Program-made: the position numbers and the translations under genes
The notes under the pieces: model-generated
Seen by the model: the letters and a program-made list of their open reading frames with translations, nothing else
What the model was told of the DNA's origin: nothing
Databases searched by the model: none
DNA from: Priapulus caudatus
Lineage: Eukaryota
Direction of reading: 5' to 3'
Assembly (NCBI RefSeq): GCF_000485595.1
Contig: NW_014577074.1
Coordinates: 1,247,420-1,311,419 of the forward strand
Length of the DNA stretch: 64,000 bases
In this document: positions 1 through 12,782 of the stretch, piece after piece
Numbering within the stretch: the stretch's first letter is position 1
Layout: every line of letters begins with the position of its first letter

Positions 1-1445
1 ACTGAAAGCGCATGCACAGTACAAGACTCGCCGAGGACGAGTTAATCCTTTTAATGAAGACCATGATGAGGATACTACGACTGAAGGCTCAGATCATGAG
101 TGGTGCAATAACGTACGAACTCAGAGTAATCGGCAAAACTGTCACAAACCTGTCCCCGGCTAACAAAGACCCTTAAAGAAGACAGTGATGAAGATGCTGC
201 GAGTGAAGGCTCAGCTTATGAGTTGAGCAATAACGTACGAACTCAGAGTAATCAGGGAAACTGTCACAAAGTTGTTCCCGGCTAAGAGGATGGCAAAGTG
301 CCGGACAACCGGTAATAATAATGCAGGGCCTTATATGGTGTGTCTGTAAACATGCTGCCATCCAAGTTGTTTGCTGACAATATACACCCACATAGGGGTG
401 GGCTACGGACATGGAATAGTGCTGTCCACAAGCCTATTGGTATACGCTGTAAGAAGGTGGTGAAACTGAGAAACAAGAAAATATACTAAATGTCCTTCAT
501 AGTCTTTGAAGATGGTAGCCAGCCTATTCTTGGCTACCAGACCAATGTACAGATGAAGCTCACACGAGTACAGTATAACAACTTCGGCATAGTCGCTGCC
601 TCGACGACGCAAGAAGACTTTGCGAAGGTGTTTGATGGGAAGCTGAAAGAGATATTTCGCTGGCAGATGCAATTTCCAGAGCACAAATATCTGAACCACC
701 CCATGAGGATTTGTGTACATACACAACACCACTTGCCATCTAATGAAGTATGAAATGATAAGTCAGATTAGGGGTGTTATGGTGACGGATGACCCCGGGG
801 CAGGTCATCATGAAGGGGTGGACTAACGAGATGAGGGACATGCCAAGGAGCATTAGTTCATACTTTATTTATAGGTATACTTACTATTCGAAATGGTATC
901 ATCATAAAAGGTGGACGAATAGTCATCCCTGTCTGTCTAAGGATGGAGATGAAAGAAAACGTCCACCAGGGACATCTGCAGATGAACTCACTAGGAATGT
1001 CGTCAAAGATCTGACAATGTGTAGAAGCTTGCAGGACTTGTGCGACATCGGCTGTGAAACAGCCTGCAGAGTTACCCATCGTCACCGAGGAACCACGAAG
1101 ACCATGGCGATAGGTAGATTCCGACTTTCTCTCAAGGGTAAGCTGTGAATAACTGATCACATTAGACTACCATAGCAATTTTCTTGAGATCGATCGACTG
1201 GAAGATTAAGAACATGAATAGTCACTTAGCCAGATATAGTGTCCCTGAAATGGTATCACTGACACTGGCACCCACTTCACATCGGAATGCACATCCAATC
1301 GTTCTAACTTGACTGGAATTCCAGCAGGAGCTTATCAGCCCAGGCAAGAGTCACGTCAACAGAGTGGCTGAGGCTGCTGTAAAGACTGCAAAGAAGCTCA
1401 TGAAAAAGGGTTACGCTGCTGGGGAAGACCCATTCTTAGGTCTAA
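1..1445 (+). mobile_element. Heavily decayed Ty3/Gypsy retrotransposon fragment (gag/protease remnant joined to integrase; RT apparently deleted)
   Basis: Broken frames give a protease C-terminal motif (FIVFEDGSQPILG), VIMKGW...SYF, and integrase motifs RPW, LITLDYHSNFLEIDRL, HLARYSVPEMV and NRVAEAAVKTAKKLMKK...EDPFLGL. Many stops and frameshifts. Confidence 0.75.
64..284 (+). repeat. Imperfect tandem duplication, ~120-bp period
   Basis: gatgaggatactacgactgaaggctcag...aataacgtacgaactcagagtaatc...cccggctaa recurs at ~64-164 and ~186-284. Confidence 0.8.
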
Positions 1446-1611
1446 GAAGTGTAAGAGTAACACCTAAGTGTATGAAACACAGTTAACACACCAACATAAG
1501 GCACGACCAGTTTCGCTCAAAGGCTGTTTGAGAGGCAAATGACGAGTGCCATGTCCACCAGTGACGCCAAGCTTAGACTGGGATACATTGATCCATAAGA
1601 GGAATCGTGAA

Positions 1612-1785
1612 CATGCACGCACGCACACACACGCGCACGTACACATGCACGCACGCACACACACGCGCACGTACACATGCACGCACCACACACACGCGCA
1701 CGTACACATGCACGCACGCACACACACGCGCACGTACACATGCGCGCACGCACACACACGCAGACACACCGACGCGAACGCGCGA
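1612..1785. repeat. (GCAC)n/ACGT-rich compound microsatellite
   Basis: Repeated acatgcacgcacgcacacacacgcgcacgt units. Confidence 0.9.
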
Positions 1786-4299
1786 GTACTGTGGTATACC
1801 ATAATATTATATTCTTTCACGCTATAGACATCTTTCATCAGATTAGTTGTAAAATTGCAAACAACACAATTTCCTGTTAGATTTTCGTTTTGACTGAATT
1901 TCCCGTTCAGCTCATTCACGTTTTATTTTTAGTTTTTTATATTTATCTATAATATTATTCTATTTTTTTTAATGCTTACTAATCGTACTTATTTACTAAC
2001 CGCTTACGCAAATAAAACCATTATTCCGTTCTCAACTGTTGATAATGTCATTGCAAAATTTATTTTCATTTATACAATCAACGGTAATTAGCAATTTGTA
2101 AGATTTTTGAAAACAGGTGCATTTTTTAAACAACAGATGCACATTTTATCACTTCACCACATTTCACCTTTCAACTACATGTTTGTTCTACGTTTTTATG
2201 TTTCATGCATTATCCTTTAATGTATATATCTCACATGTTTTACTATACTTTATTCGCACCAATAACAGTTCCCTATATCACAGTGCATATGAAGACTTAA
2301 TTATCTCGTCATTATATTATCACTTAATTATACATACAAATCTAAGTAGAACAAAATTCTTCATGATACACAACTATAAGAGTGCACAAACGTTAAATAT
2401 ACTGGGTATATTATCCCTGTTATATCAAAGTTTAACTCCTTAATTATATATGTATAAAATACCAGCGCACGTTTCATAAATATACCATCAAAATAATATT
2501 GAACAGAACCATATAGGCAATTTTTAACCTAAATAAAAATAGAACATACATCACAGGAAAAGTCTACATTACCCACCTTTCTTGATGTTCATGATTAGAA
2601 AATTACCAAACTATACATTTACAAAAAATATATTCATCTTTCTGAATAACGCATTTCCTAAACACACAAAAATAACACGTATAAAAATACGTTTGGTGGA
2701 AAAATGTGATTTCAGCGAGTCACCAACAGTAACCAACCCTCTGCCTAAACACCAAATAATAATAAATTTCATATATAAAAAATTCATCATACAATTTCTT
2801 CATTTTTCATTTAGATACCTAAATTAAACTTTGAATATACAGCTTCTCAAGTGACCAGCGGTAGACTAACAGATGTATGAGGCTAAAATACAAGAAATCT
2901 AACATNCCACTGTTTCGGCGTGTATGTGAACACATTTGGGACTAACAGGGTTTACTAGAATCCCACCACTCCACCACAGAGTCACTGCAGTAGACGTTAG
3001 ATGAGCGCTGTCGCTCTGCGGCACTTGTTTAGTAGAACAATTCTTGCGCTTGCAGCGCGGCATTGATTGCTGTACAGGAGGGGGGGGGGCTGACCACCGA
3101 TGGGATGAGGGCGACAGCAACTCTTTTTTGGAATTGTGAAACAATCTGCAAAACGGTTGTAACCTGCTTTGCCACTCAATTACACAATTTAACCCATGCA
3201 TCAGCTGCTGTTTTGTACAGCCGTACGACTATTATACTTGGCAATAATTAATTGGTATATGTGTAAATATATTATTTAAGTCCAACAGAAGGGGGTGGCT
3301 GGCCCCCATCCCCTGGATCCGCCACTGGGTAAAATGCATTCATTTATACACGTTACTTCACACCTATGAAGTTGACGAGTTTTGCGAATTTGATTTTAGG
3401 TGATGTGATGTACGCTGTTAACCACAAGAAACATGGTTGGAAACTATCTTTAATTTCTGCATAGGTGTGAAGTTATTGCATAAAAATACTAATTTAACAC
3501 ATTATTTACCCCATTATTTTACTCTACCGTTAAAACCCCGCCAGGTCTGCAGGAAATGCGTCGTAGGTGGAATGTGTAGGTAGCATAGTTTATTAGGCAG
3601 GCTGTGTGCATGAAGTAATACACTACTCTTGTGAGCAACTGTGCAACACGTAGCAGCTTCAAACCACTTCTGCAATACTAATCTAGCTCCATATACAAGT
3701 CAAATACCATCTCAGTTTATGTCTCATCAGCAGAGCCACTTTTCACACGGGCAAGGAAGAGGTCAAGCCAGACTTAGGCAGATATGCTTCAGACGCTCCA
3801 GAAAAATGCTCCACTGCAAGCAATGCCACTGAAAATTAGAATTTAAAAAAGAACCCCTAGAATTATACATATGAAGTAGATAATTTTAGTTTCTTTAAAA
3901 GCAAGGAACATGTTTTTTGACCATTTTTGTATTTTCTCAACCGTTCTGGGGCCGGATTCATCAACGTTGCGTAAAGTGTATTGCGTACACCGAGTTTCTA
4001 CGAAGTACGTACGCAAAGCTCGTAGGTGCGATTCATCAACGCAGCGTAGCACCTGCGTACGCAAATGTTGATGAATTCCAGTGTAAATCCTCTGCGCCAT
4101 CGTGGCTGCTGGCTGTTGAGAGGCGTGCCTAGCATAAACCAATCACACTGTGCGACACATACCGATAGGAACCAAACTGACGCCTCTCTTGTATTTAAAC
4201 CATATGGCTCGTCTAGCTCTGTCTACATGAGTGCTGGGGGATGTGATAGTGTCCACATTTTCGTTTGTATGATTGCGTTCAACACTCATGAAAGCAGCG

Positions 4300-5096
4300 A
4301 CACGTACACATGCGTGCGTGCGTGCGTGCGTGTGCACGTACACGTGCGTGCGTGCGTGCATGTGCACGTGTGCGTGCGTGCGTGCGTGTGCACGTACACG
4401 TGCGTGCGTGCGTGCATGTGCACGTGTGCGTGCGTGTGTGCACGTACACGTGCGTGCGTGCGTGTGTACGTACACGTGCGTGCGTGCGTGCGTGCGTGTC
4501 ACGTACACGTGCGTGCGTGCGTGTGTACGTACACGGGCGTGCGTGCGTGTGTACGTACACGGGCGTGCGTGCGTGCGTGTGCACGTACACGTACGTGCGT
4601 GTGCACGTACACGCGTACACGTGCGTGCGTGCGTGCATGTGCACGTGGTGCGTGTGTGTGCACGTACACGTACGTGCGTGTGCACGTACACGTGCGTGCG
4701 TGCGTGCGTGTGTACGTACACGGGCGTGCGTGCGTGTGCACGTACACGTGCGTGCGTGATTGTGCACGTGTGCGTGCGTGCGTGGTGTGTGCGTGCGTGC
4801 GTGTGTGTGTGCGTGCGTGTCACGTACACGTGCGTGCGTGCGTGTGTACGTACACGTGCGTGCGTGCGTGCGTGTGCACGTACACGTGCGTGCGTGCGTG
4901 CGTGCGTGCATGTGCACGTGCGTGCCTGCGTATGTGTGCACGTACACGTGCGTGCGTACGTGTGTACGTACACGGGCGTGCGTGCGTGTGCACGTACACG
5001 GGCGTGCGTGCGTGCTTGTGTACGTGTGCGTTCGTGCGTGTACACGTACACGTGCGTGCGTGTGCACGTACAAGTGCGTGCGTGTGCACGTACACG
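4300..5096. repeat. (CGTG)n satellite interspersed with TGCACGTACACG units
   Basis: About 800 bp of direct repeats. It produces the spurious VRAC/HART ORFs. Confidence 0.95.
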
Positions 5097-5261
5097 GCGA
5101 ACTACGAAATCGCTTATAACGAAAACAATGCCAATTAGCTATGACAAAAGAAGCGTCAAAGGCGCCGCCCGTCTGTGTGTGTAGTATGGTAATTATTTAT
5201 TTATTTTTAGTTGAGTAGTAATTTTATAATGTTTTTTTCAATAAAATAATGTATGCTGCGG

Positions 5262-5834
5262 NNNNNNNNNNNNNNNNNNNNNNNNNNNNNNNNNNNNNNN
5301 NNNNNNNNNNNNNNNNNNNNNNNNNNNNNNNNNNNNNNNNNNNNNNNNNNNNNNNNNNNNNNNNNNNNNNNNNNNNNNNNNNNNNNNNNNNNNNNNNNNN
5401 NNNNNNNNNNNNNNNNNNNNNNNNNNNNNNNNNNNNNNNNNNNNNNNNNNNNNNNNNNNNNNNNNNNNNNNNNNNNNNNNNNNNNNNNNNNNNNNNNNNN
5501 NNNNNNNNNNNNNNNNNNNNNNNNNNNNNNNNNNNNNNNNNNNNNNNNNNNNNNNNNNNNNNNNNNNNNNNNNNNNNNNNNNNNNNNNNNNNNNNNNNNN
5601 NNNNNNNNNNNNNNNNNNNNNNNNNNNNNNNNNNNNNNNNNNNNNNNNNNNNNNNNNNNNNNNNNNNNNNNNNNNNNNNNNNNNNNNNNNNNNNNNNNNN
5701 NNNNNNNNNNNNNNNNNNNNNNNNNNNNNNNNNNNNNNNNNNNNNNNNNNNNNNNNNNNNNNNNNNNNNNNNNNNNNNNNNNNNNNNNNNNNNNNNNNNN
5801 NNNNNNNNNNNNNNNNNNNNNNNNNNNNNNNNNN
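5262..5834. other. Assembly gap (N run)
   Basis: Ns. Confidence 0.99.
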
Positions 5835-6785
5835 TAAATAGCTGTGTTGATGAATCGCAACTAAGCAACGTCGATTGCGTACACAAGATTTACGCAAAAT
5901 ATTTTGCGTACGCAGCTTGATGAATCTACCACCTGATACTTAACACCAAGTGTATATATAGTAAGGCTAACATGTCACACAGAACACTACCACATCATTC
6001 TTTTCACCAATATGTGCACTAATATGCATTTCAAATTAAATTTTGTTTCACATTCAAAATATCACTAGCACATGATTTTCACTCTTGCAAGATGCCACAT
6101 GTCAAGATAGGTACCAGTATAGTAATACGTCATGTATAATTTATGTCACGTAAATACGTCCACTTGATATGTGGCAGTATTTGCATATGTCGTTTTTTCG
6201 CAATATCAAGAATGCAGGTAAAAGTTTGCTGTTCATTTAAAGTTTTATGGCCTATAACAGCACAAACTCAAAGTAATTTTTATGCTGAAGTAATCAGTAA
6301 TATGTACACTGACAGGTGAGACTAAGTTGATCTACATTTATCCATTTTGCAATTTATATGAAATATTATCAGTGATCATCTCTCAAATCGATCGAGAAAA
6401 TTCTATGACATGAGTACTCTATGACGTGTTTGTCATTCTATATATACTTGGTGTTGTGCAAGGAGTACCGGTAAGTGTGGGAACGGTTGTGAAAATAATA
6501 TAACATTTGGAAAAAACGTAAGATCCTCACTTTAATGGCTACCACATGTACATGTTATTTAATTCGTAAATAAATTTATCTTTTCAGAGGCAGCACATCT
6601 TGAATACTTGCATGTAAAAGTTCATTTGCCCTACAACACTTGAAGTTGTATTAGTGGCTAAAAGATGATCTAAAAAGAAATAATAATATAAAACATTATT
6701 ATGTGCTCAGTTATTTCACCCTAAACTAGCAGTGAAACAAAAAAGCAGCTGAATAGTGTACTAAGATTGAAGACTATATAGTTAA

Positions 6786-8908
6786 AGGGATCGTTTACTC
6801 TAGGTTCTAAGGTTATTTTCAGTTAATGTAGGTTAAAATTACGCTACATAAAAAGTTTCATGGTTCAATCACCATTAAAAATATTATTTAAAAATGTTTT
6901 AAAACTAACGACTACAGTTTGCTTACAACGACGGTGGCGCCACTCAAAGCGCACGATCTGATGAGTTGCGCAAAACCACTTTTCAGCCAAGGGCTACAGA
7001 CCGAGGGTGTTTCTTATTTATTAATTGAAAAGCAAAAGGATTGTAATATCTTATAAACGACATATAGTTTCAGTTATAATATGGATAAATTTGTGGCGAT
7101 ATGGATATGCGGTAGTCTCGGGAGTGAGAGTCTCAGACACTCACTCGAGTCACGCGGTCCCTCTTCGCATCACCACCTATTTTTTCTTGTGACCCGTTGG
7201 GGACAGTAAACCAAATAAAAATCGGCGACCAGATAAGATTGCGTTTCGAAAAGCAACTTTAATAATAAGGCTTACGACATTCTTACTCGAACGTTGTACC
7301 GATCAACGGACGCCAAAACACTATCGATATCGTATCAAGTTGAATATCACACACGGGAAAAAATAAATCCGGGCTTCCAAACAAAAACAAACCCTAATGC
7401 GTATAAGCGTATCTCGCGTGACTAGTGGTTTTACGCACAGAAAACCTTCAAGCACGGTTCAGCGGTCAGGCCTAACATACTGTCCCTTAATAAATCGCGT
7501 AAACCACTATGGTTATAAACGAACCAGCCGATACGACTGGCACAGCGATAACAAAACACGTGGTCTATTGTGCGCAATCAAAACACAAACACTGGAGTTG
7601 TCACAAACAATTAAATAGCAATGTCTAGATACAATCGTACCAGCAATTACTAAGCAAGTAACAAAAATAATCAACACTGCATCGACAGGAACGGGCCATC
7701 GACCGCGAGTTATAAGTGTCTCTGGCAAGTACAAGCGATCAAAACAGAAGCGCGCATGTCGATAAGCTTCGGGAGCTGCCTTACCTGACGAGGCGATCCT
7801 GAAATTGTCTCAGGACAGGAAGTTGGCCTCCACTGTCTGTAGTGTGAGTGCGATGGTGTGCGTCCGGTAGGGCTGTAATAGTCTGTACGTGGCCCGCGAT
7901 TCGCGAATAAGCTAGGACATGTCCTTGTCCGACGAAGTGAAACGCAATGCTGAGTCGGTGTGCACACAGCGGAACTGTCAATGTTCGCCATCCGGGCCGC
8001 TGAATACTTGTGGCGACACCTCGCGGACGCGCGAGAACAAACAAGCAGCTAGTGTAGTGGATCAACGGTGTGACTATACCTGAGAGAAGAACAGTGGTTA
8101 CACAGTCCACTCTTGGACAAGCGGGAGAATTGCACAGGAAAACAAAAGGGCATCACGTCTGTCGCACACACACGCGAGTCCGGCGTCAGGACTCACGTAA
8201 TCGACAAGTACGGATGTAAAGACATTTAATTCACATCCCTCAAGCTTCGAGTACTCACATTTAAGCTGCTGACAGCAGGCGTTTGACGAGAAATGCCCGA
8301 AATGCATTCCAAAACATGTGTTAAATGCACGCATCTGTTTGCTAGTTTTAGTCCTCACAACATGGCCATCACTACCGTGATGGCTAAGCGCGATTACGTG
8401 GTAAAAAACGATTCTGATCGCTACTGTAGGAATAAACACAGAATTTATACTAAATTAGCATGGCAAATTAATTCCGTTGACAGAACGTGATAAATTAATT
8501 AAATGGTAATGATAAATATTTAAGTTATTATTAATTATATTGAACTACTGCTCCAATAACCAGACAACAATACAAAAACAATAAACTGCTACAAATTTCC
8601 CTAAAAAATGAATATCGTTCGGTTAAAATAGCATTTAGGTATAGTAATATAATTGCAGCTTTGTGATTAGCCTCTGTCTGTACGTGCAAAATAAATTGTT
8701 CAAATACGAGCAACTATTTTCGAGAAGGGTGGCAGCAGATAATTGTTTCGTAAGCGTTGAATTAGTAAATTAATTACAAAACTAATTAAATTAAGGCTAT
8801 TATGGCTATACTAAATATGTTGGGTATAGAAGAATTTGTATAATAAACTTCAGGTTAAGTACAGAAGATGATTACTGCAGATAAAAATCCCCAAGAGTCT
8901 ACATCCCT
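6786..8908. mobile_element. Kolobok-like MITE copy 1, interrupted by a solo LTR
   Basis: TTAA flanks (6782-6785, 8909-8912) and AGGGAT...ATCCCT termini. Both halves align with the copies at 12783 and 35243. Confidence 0.8.
7092..8593. mobile_element. Solo LTR (~1.5 kb) inserted in the MITE
   Basis: TGTGGC...GCTACA inverted termini and an AATT duplication (7088-7091, 8594-8597). It splits the MITE sequence ggataaatt|tgtcctaaaatg seen intact in the other copies. Confidence 0.7.
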
Positions 8909-9059
8909 TTAATCAATCGATGCAAGTCCTGTATTAAAGGCTACAGACTACAGTAATCAGTACGACAAATACTTATAACACGTAGAATTGAAGGGTTAAG
9001 TCAAGTAAAGAACGATGTTACTGTTAGGTGCGGAGAATTAAACAAGAGTCCGTGAAACA

Positions 9060-9225
9060 CTAGAGGAGCGAGAGGGAGGAGAGAGAGAGAGGAGAGAAAG
9101 AAGAGAGAGCCAGAGAGAGAAGAAGAGAGAGAGAAAGAGAGAGAGAGATTTAGGAGAGAGACAGAGAGAGAGCACGTACAAGAGAGAGAAGAGGAAAACG
9201 GAGTACGAGAGACGCGAAGAGACCA
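9060..9225. repeat. GA-rich microsatellite
   Basis: Degenerate (GA)n. Confidence 0.85.
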
Positions 9226-9377
9226 TGAGAAGATTGATAGAAATGCCACTCTATACACACTGGGCATGCCATTCATTGCATCGGTATATGGACCTCCACT
9301 GGAAAGATTCAGACCTTCGTTGTGCTACTAGTATAACTGCATTGCGTAATACCTGCATCTTGGATTGAGGGCTGCCA

Positions 9378-9513
9378 TTACATACACTCGGCGTCTGGCC
9401 CCATTGTTCTATCACCATCATCTTCTTCAAGTTGCTTCATTCCCCCTGTCCTTCTTCCCTCGCAGTAATGGTCATCATGCTCTGGCTCAGCCTTCATGTC
9501 CATGTAGAGCCAT
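9378..9513 (-). CDS. SLC46: SLC46-family transporter, terminal coding exon (WLYMDMKAEPEH...DAECM*)
   Basis: Acceptor ttccaccag. Phase 2 matches the donor of the previous exon (AT|A TGG). Hydrophilic tail after the last TM, ending in TAA. Confidence 0.65.
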
Positions 9514-9772
9514 CTGGTGGAAATATCAATTACATTTATATTATTCATAATTACGGGGAACTTATTAATAATATAAAATAAACATGAAATTATTTGTAAA
9601 TACGATACATTTCTGTTCAATAAGAATTTTTGTAAAAACTTGGTTAGCATATCTACCTCAATATGTATAAAAAAATAGCTTTAGATACAAAAGTGATAAT
9701 TTCCTATTTTAAAAATCCAATTTTAAAGTTTGTGACTGAAACTACTCTTCATGACAATTAAACAAACGTTAC

Positions 9773-9947
9773 ATTGCAATTATTTATAGTTATCGAGCAC
9801 AGTAGCGCACAGACAAATATACGCAGAAATCCAGGTCATGAAGTGGAGTTCGTCAGCAGATACAGGTATTATTGAACACCAAGTGTTTGCTACAGCGATC
9901 GGTTGCAAATGGCCTCCAGTGATGCCAAAGAAAGGCAAACATTTTTC
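9773..9947 (-). CDS. SLC46: SLC46-family transporter, coding exon 5 (frameshifted as assembled)
   Basis: tttatag acceptor and gtaacg donor. Reads GKMFAFL-ASLEAIC...VFNN-LY..T-LHFM-PGF across several small insertions, matching the SLC46 TM11-12 pattern. Confidence 0.7.
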
Positions 9948-10092
9948 CTATAAAACAGTAAAAAGCATTATTAAAATCTATGTAGCAATTTAGTTGATAA
10001 TAATTTAATGATGCAGAGAACCTTGACAAAGAAACGTTTTAATTGATTGTTAACATGTTATTAATGTAGTAAATCATTGGCACACATCAATA

Positions 10093-10978
10093 AACACAAG
10101 AGCCGCAGTAGCGTCTTGGGCTCATCTGAGGTTCTGTTGCTACGATTATCATAAACGAGTAAAATTTCAGGTCGTGCGTAAGTACCACATTTGTTAGGCG
10201 CAGATATTGCAGACACGAAGTTGCGTACAACGACATCAATTGTTAGGACACGCCACGTATCGGCAGATGAGGTTAGGGGGAGGAGTGGGGGGGAGGGGTG
10301 GGGGAGGGGAGGGTGGGGAGGAGCCGGGGAGGGGCTCTTAATTAGCAAAAGCAGTTCACTTCCTTTTGTTCAACCAGTCAACAAATTCCATTGTTTAACC
10401 CTCCTCTTGAGGGGTCAAAAGGTTACTCGACACTTACTCTTCGCATGTCAGCGAAGCCACATCTTCATGTCTTTTCATAAAGCCATAAAATGCTAGGTCA
10501 CGCCGCCTAAAACAAAAAAAGTTTTTCAATCGTCCCGTCAGGGACCGACTGTCCTCTAGAAATGTCTAAAATCTGCCCTGTGCGCCATTGACATTTGACC
10601 TGTGACCTCCAATTTTGGCACTAGTGATATGCTTTCCCTTACCATGATGCTAATACAGGGCCCCGACTATCACGAGCCTAGGTCAAGTTTAGATTTGGTG
10701 CCGCAATTCTGCATTTCCTCCCTACCTACTAAGTAGAGTGAGTCCCTCTATTTACACCTCTTGACCTTTGAACCGAGCCTTACAACATCCCCAACTCGTT
10801 TGGAACATCCCCCCAAACGACTCCGAATATCTGTGGGACCGTACGTCGACGCGGTTAAGGATTTGTGCCCAACTTAGTTACGGTCGGCGACGACGACCGA
10901 GGACGACGCCGGACGGACGGAACGATCATAGCGATTGCTAAACGAAAGCTGCATCTGACTATGTCAGATGAGCTAACA
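10093..10978 (-). mobile_element. Helentron-associated non-autonomous element (HINE/DINE-1-like)
   Basis: One end has the hairpin gcatctgactatgtcagatgagct and a cggacggacgg microsatellite. Internal tgacctttga motifs. The other end, aacacaagagcc...gctcatctga, carries the subterminal inverted repeat. Confidence 0.6.
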
Positions 10979-11157
10979 ATCATAGATTTTTGGCTTCTCT
11001 AAATAATTTCGCTGCCGAGTCTCCTGTATGCATGTATGATCCTAAACAACAAAAGATCTCACTACATTTATCACACGTGAAAGTTTGTTCTGATTTTATG
11101 GTAGTGTTCTTTTGTTCAGAACTCGGTCAATTTTTTGCTACAAAAATTTACCCAGTT

Positions 11158-11745
11158 GTGAACATTGCCTGCAGAGCCATTTCTGAATGTTTGAGACCAA
11201 CCAGACTAGAATACCTCTACTTGCTGTGTGGCATTACTCCTCCACACGTTAGACGAATGGCTTCATCCCAAGTAGAGAAATTTAAACAGGAAAATGACCT
11301 TTGCCACCCCCTTTTCCAGCATGAACCAGCACAGAAGAGACTAAAGTCCACACAGTTTTATTCACGCAATTCAACCCCTGGATGGCAACCCCCAAAACTA
11401 CAGGATCGCATAATGGTCACCTTCAGGCAAGCCAACAAAAGCTTTTACTTAGTCCCCAGAAATCCCTCCCACCCGGAGCTAATAACGCATGACCTACCTG
11501 GCTATGCCTAAATCGCCTCAGGGCAGGGGTTGGTCGATGCAGGGCATCCATGAAAAAATGGGAATACATTGAAGATGGCCCAATTGAACGTGACTGTGGA
11601 GAAGACTAGACTATGTAACATCTCCTGGAATGCCCCTTACTACCAGAGCCCTGTAGATCTGGTAACCTTGAGGCTTTCAACCACTGTGTCAGGTCCTGTG
11701 TCCTGCAGTGGCTAAGTCGAGTGTTGTGTAGTGACCCGCGAAGAT
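11158..11745 (+). mobile_element. 3' fragment of a non-LTR retrotransposon (Ingi/Vingi-like)
   Basis: CRAISECLRPT..LYLLCGITPPHVRR...HPLFQH...RLKS. In a shifted frame: WLCLNRLRAGVGRC...KKW...CDCG...HLLEC zinc knuckle, with stops. Confidence 0.7.
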
Positions 11746-12628
11746 TTTGTTCCTGTTTTTTAATTCGTTATCTTTTCCCCAGGGTGCACATCTGTTATTT
11801 TTATTTGCAGTTGTATCTTATTATGTAGATTAACACAGTAGGTTGAATAACTTTGAATGCTCTTTGCAATGTCAAAACCAAGGTAAAAGTTGTGTCATTC
11901 ACACCTAAATTGTACAAGTTGACAGCTATGAAATTGTCACAGCTGTTATTCTTAATGAAATAAATAGTTTAACCAATACTTCTGTATATTATACCAAAGT
12001 TATTAATCTAAGTTAAACTAATGATATTAATTATATTAATTACATTTTCTGAAGAGAAATAATACTGTATAGTTTAATAGTATTATTAGAATATTACGAT
12101 ACATAATGCATTAAAACGCATATCTACGCATTCACATTTGCTATTAAAATGTCGATTTTCAAAATCATAGATTTTGTGCACTACCATAACTTTGTAGGAC
12201 TTTTGCCCCTTATTAAGTTGCACAATTAAATTTTTATATTTCTTATTTCACACCAGGAGCAAATCATGAAAGTGCAATTACATTTATGCCCATCTACTCT
12301 TTAACCGAAGGAACATATGTTTATGATAAATACAAACATAATTTAACTAAAATAGTGAAATATAAGATATCGTGATCCTTAAAATAAATAAATATGAAGC
12401 ACCTAGTCTCTAGCTGAAAAGTTGCATCTCACAACTTCGAAAGTGGATGTACATGTAGTGGTGTCACTTATGTTGTACCCAAACAATTATCAACAGATTT
12501 AAAACCGTAAAAAATAGTCAAATATTGAACCACAATTTTCTAGGTAGCTAAATTTAAATGAAAACATGCAATACGCACGAGTTATGTTTCTATGTATTTA
12601 ATTTAATTACTTAGATAATCATGCATAC

Positions 12629-12712
12629 CTTGCTCATCACTTGCTACTAGCTTGGACAACACGGAACGTATCACTGCAGGTGTGAGTGCAGCAGGTATAT
12701 TTATTACCACAG
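12629..12712 (-). CDS. SLC46: SLC46-family transporter, coding exon 4 (SVVINIPAALTPAVIRSVLSKLVASDEQG)
   Basis: ttttcag/gtatgc splice sites, 84 nt, phase 1-1. Contains the conserved IRSxxSKxVxxxEQG motif. Confidence 0.9.
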
Positions 12713-12782
12713 CTGAAAATATTTACAATGAAGGTTGCACGTTAATGAACATGGTGGGGATTATTTGCTATGTAGAAGTTAA

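Larger units (their letters stand above)
3949..5932. mobile_element. Non-autonomous PIF/Harbinger-like MITE carrying an internal satellite (spans an assembly gap)
   Basis: Imperfect TIRs GGGCCGGATTCATCAA / TTGATGAATCTACCAC, subterminal gattcatcaac repeats, and a 3-bp CTG duplication at 3946-3948 and 5933-5935. Confidence 0.6.

Noticed and set aside
4065..5184. Long ORFs (VRAC/HART repeats)
   Set aside because: They are translations of a stop-free microsatellite in several frames.
7710..8439. Short ORFs as Kolobok transposase/KolX
   Set aside because: No THAP, DDE or KolX-like motifs are visible. The segment is better explained as an inserted solo LTR.
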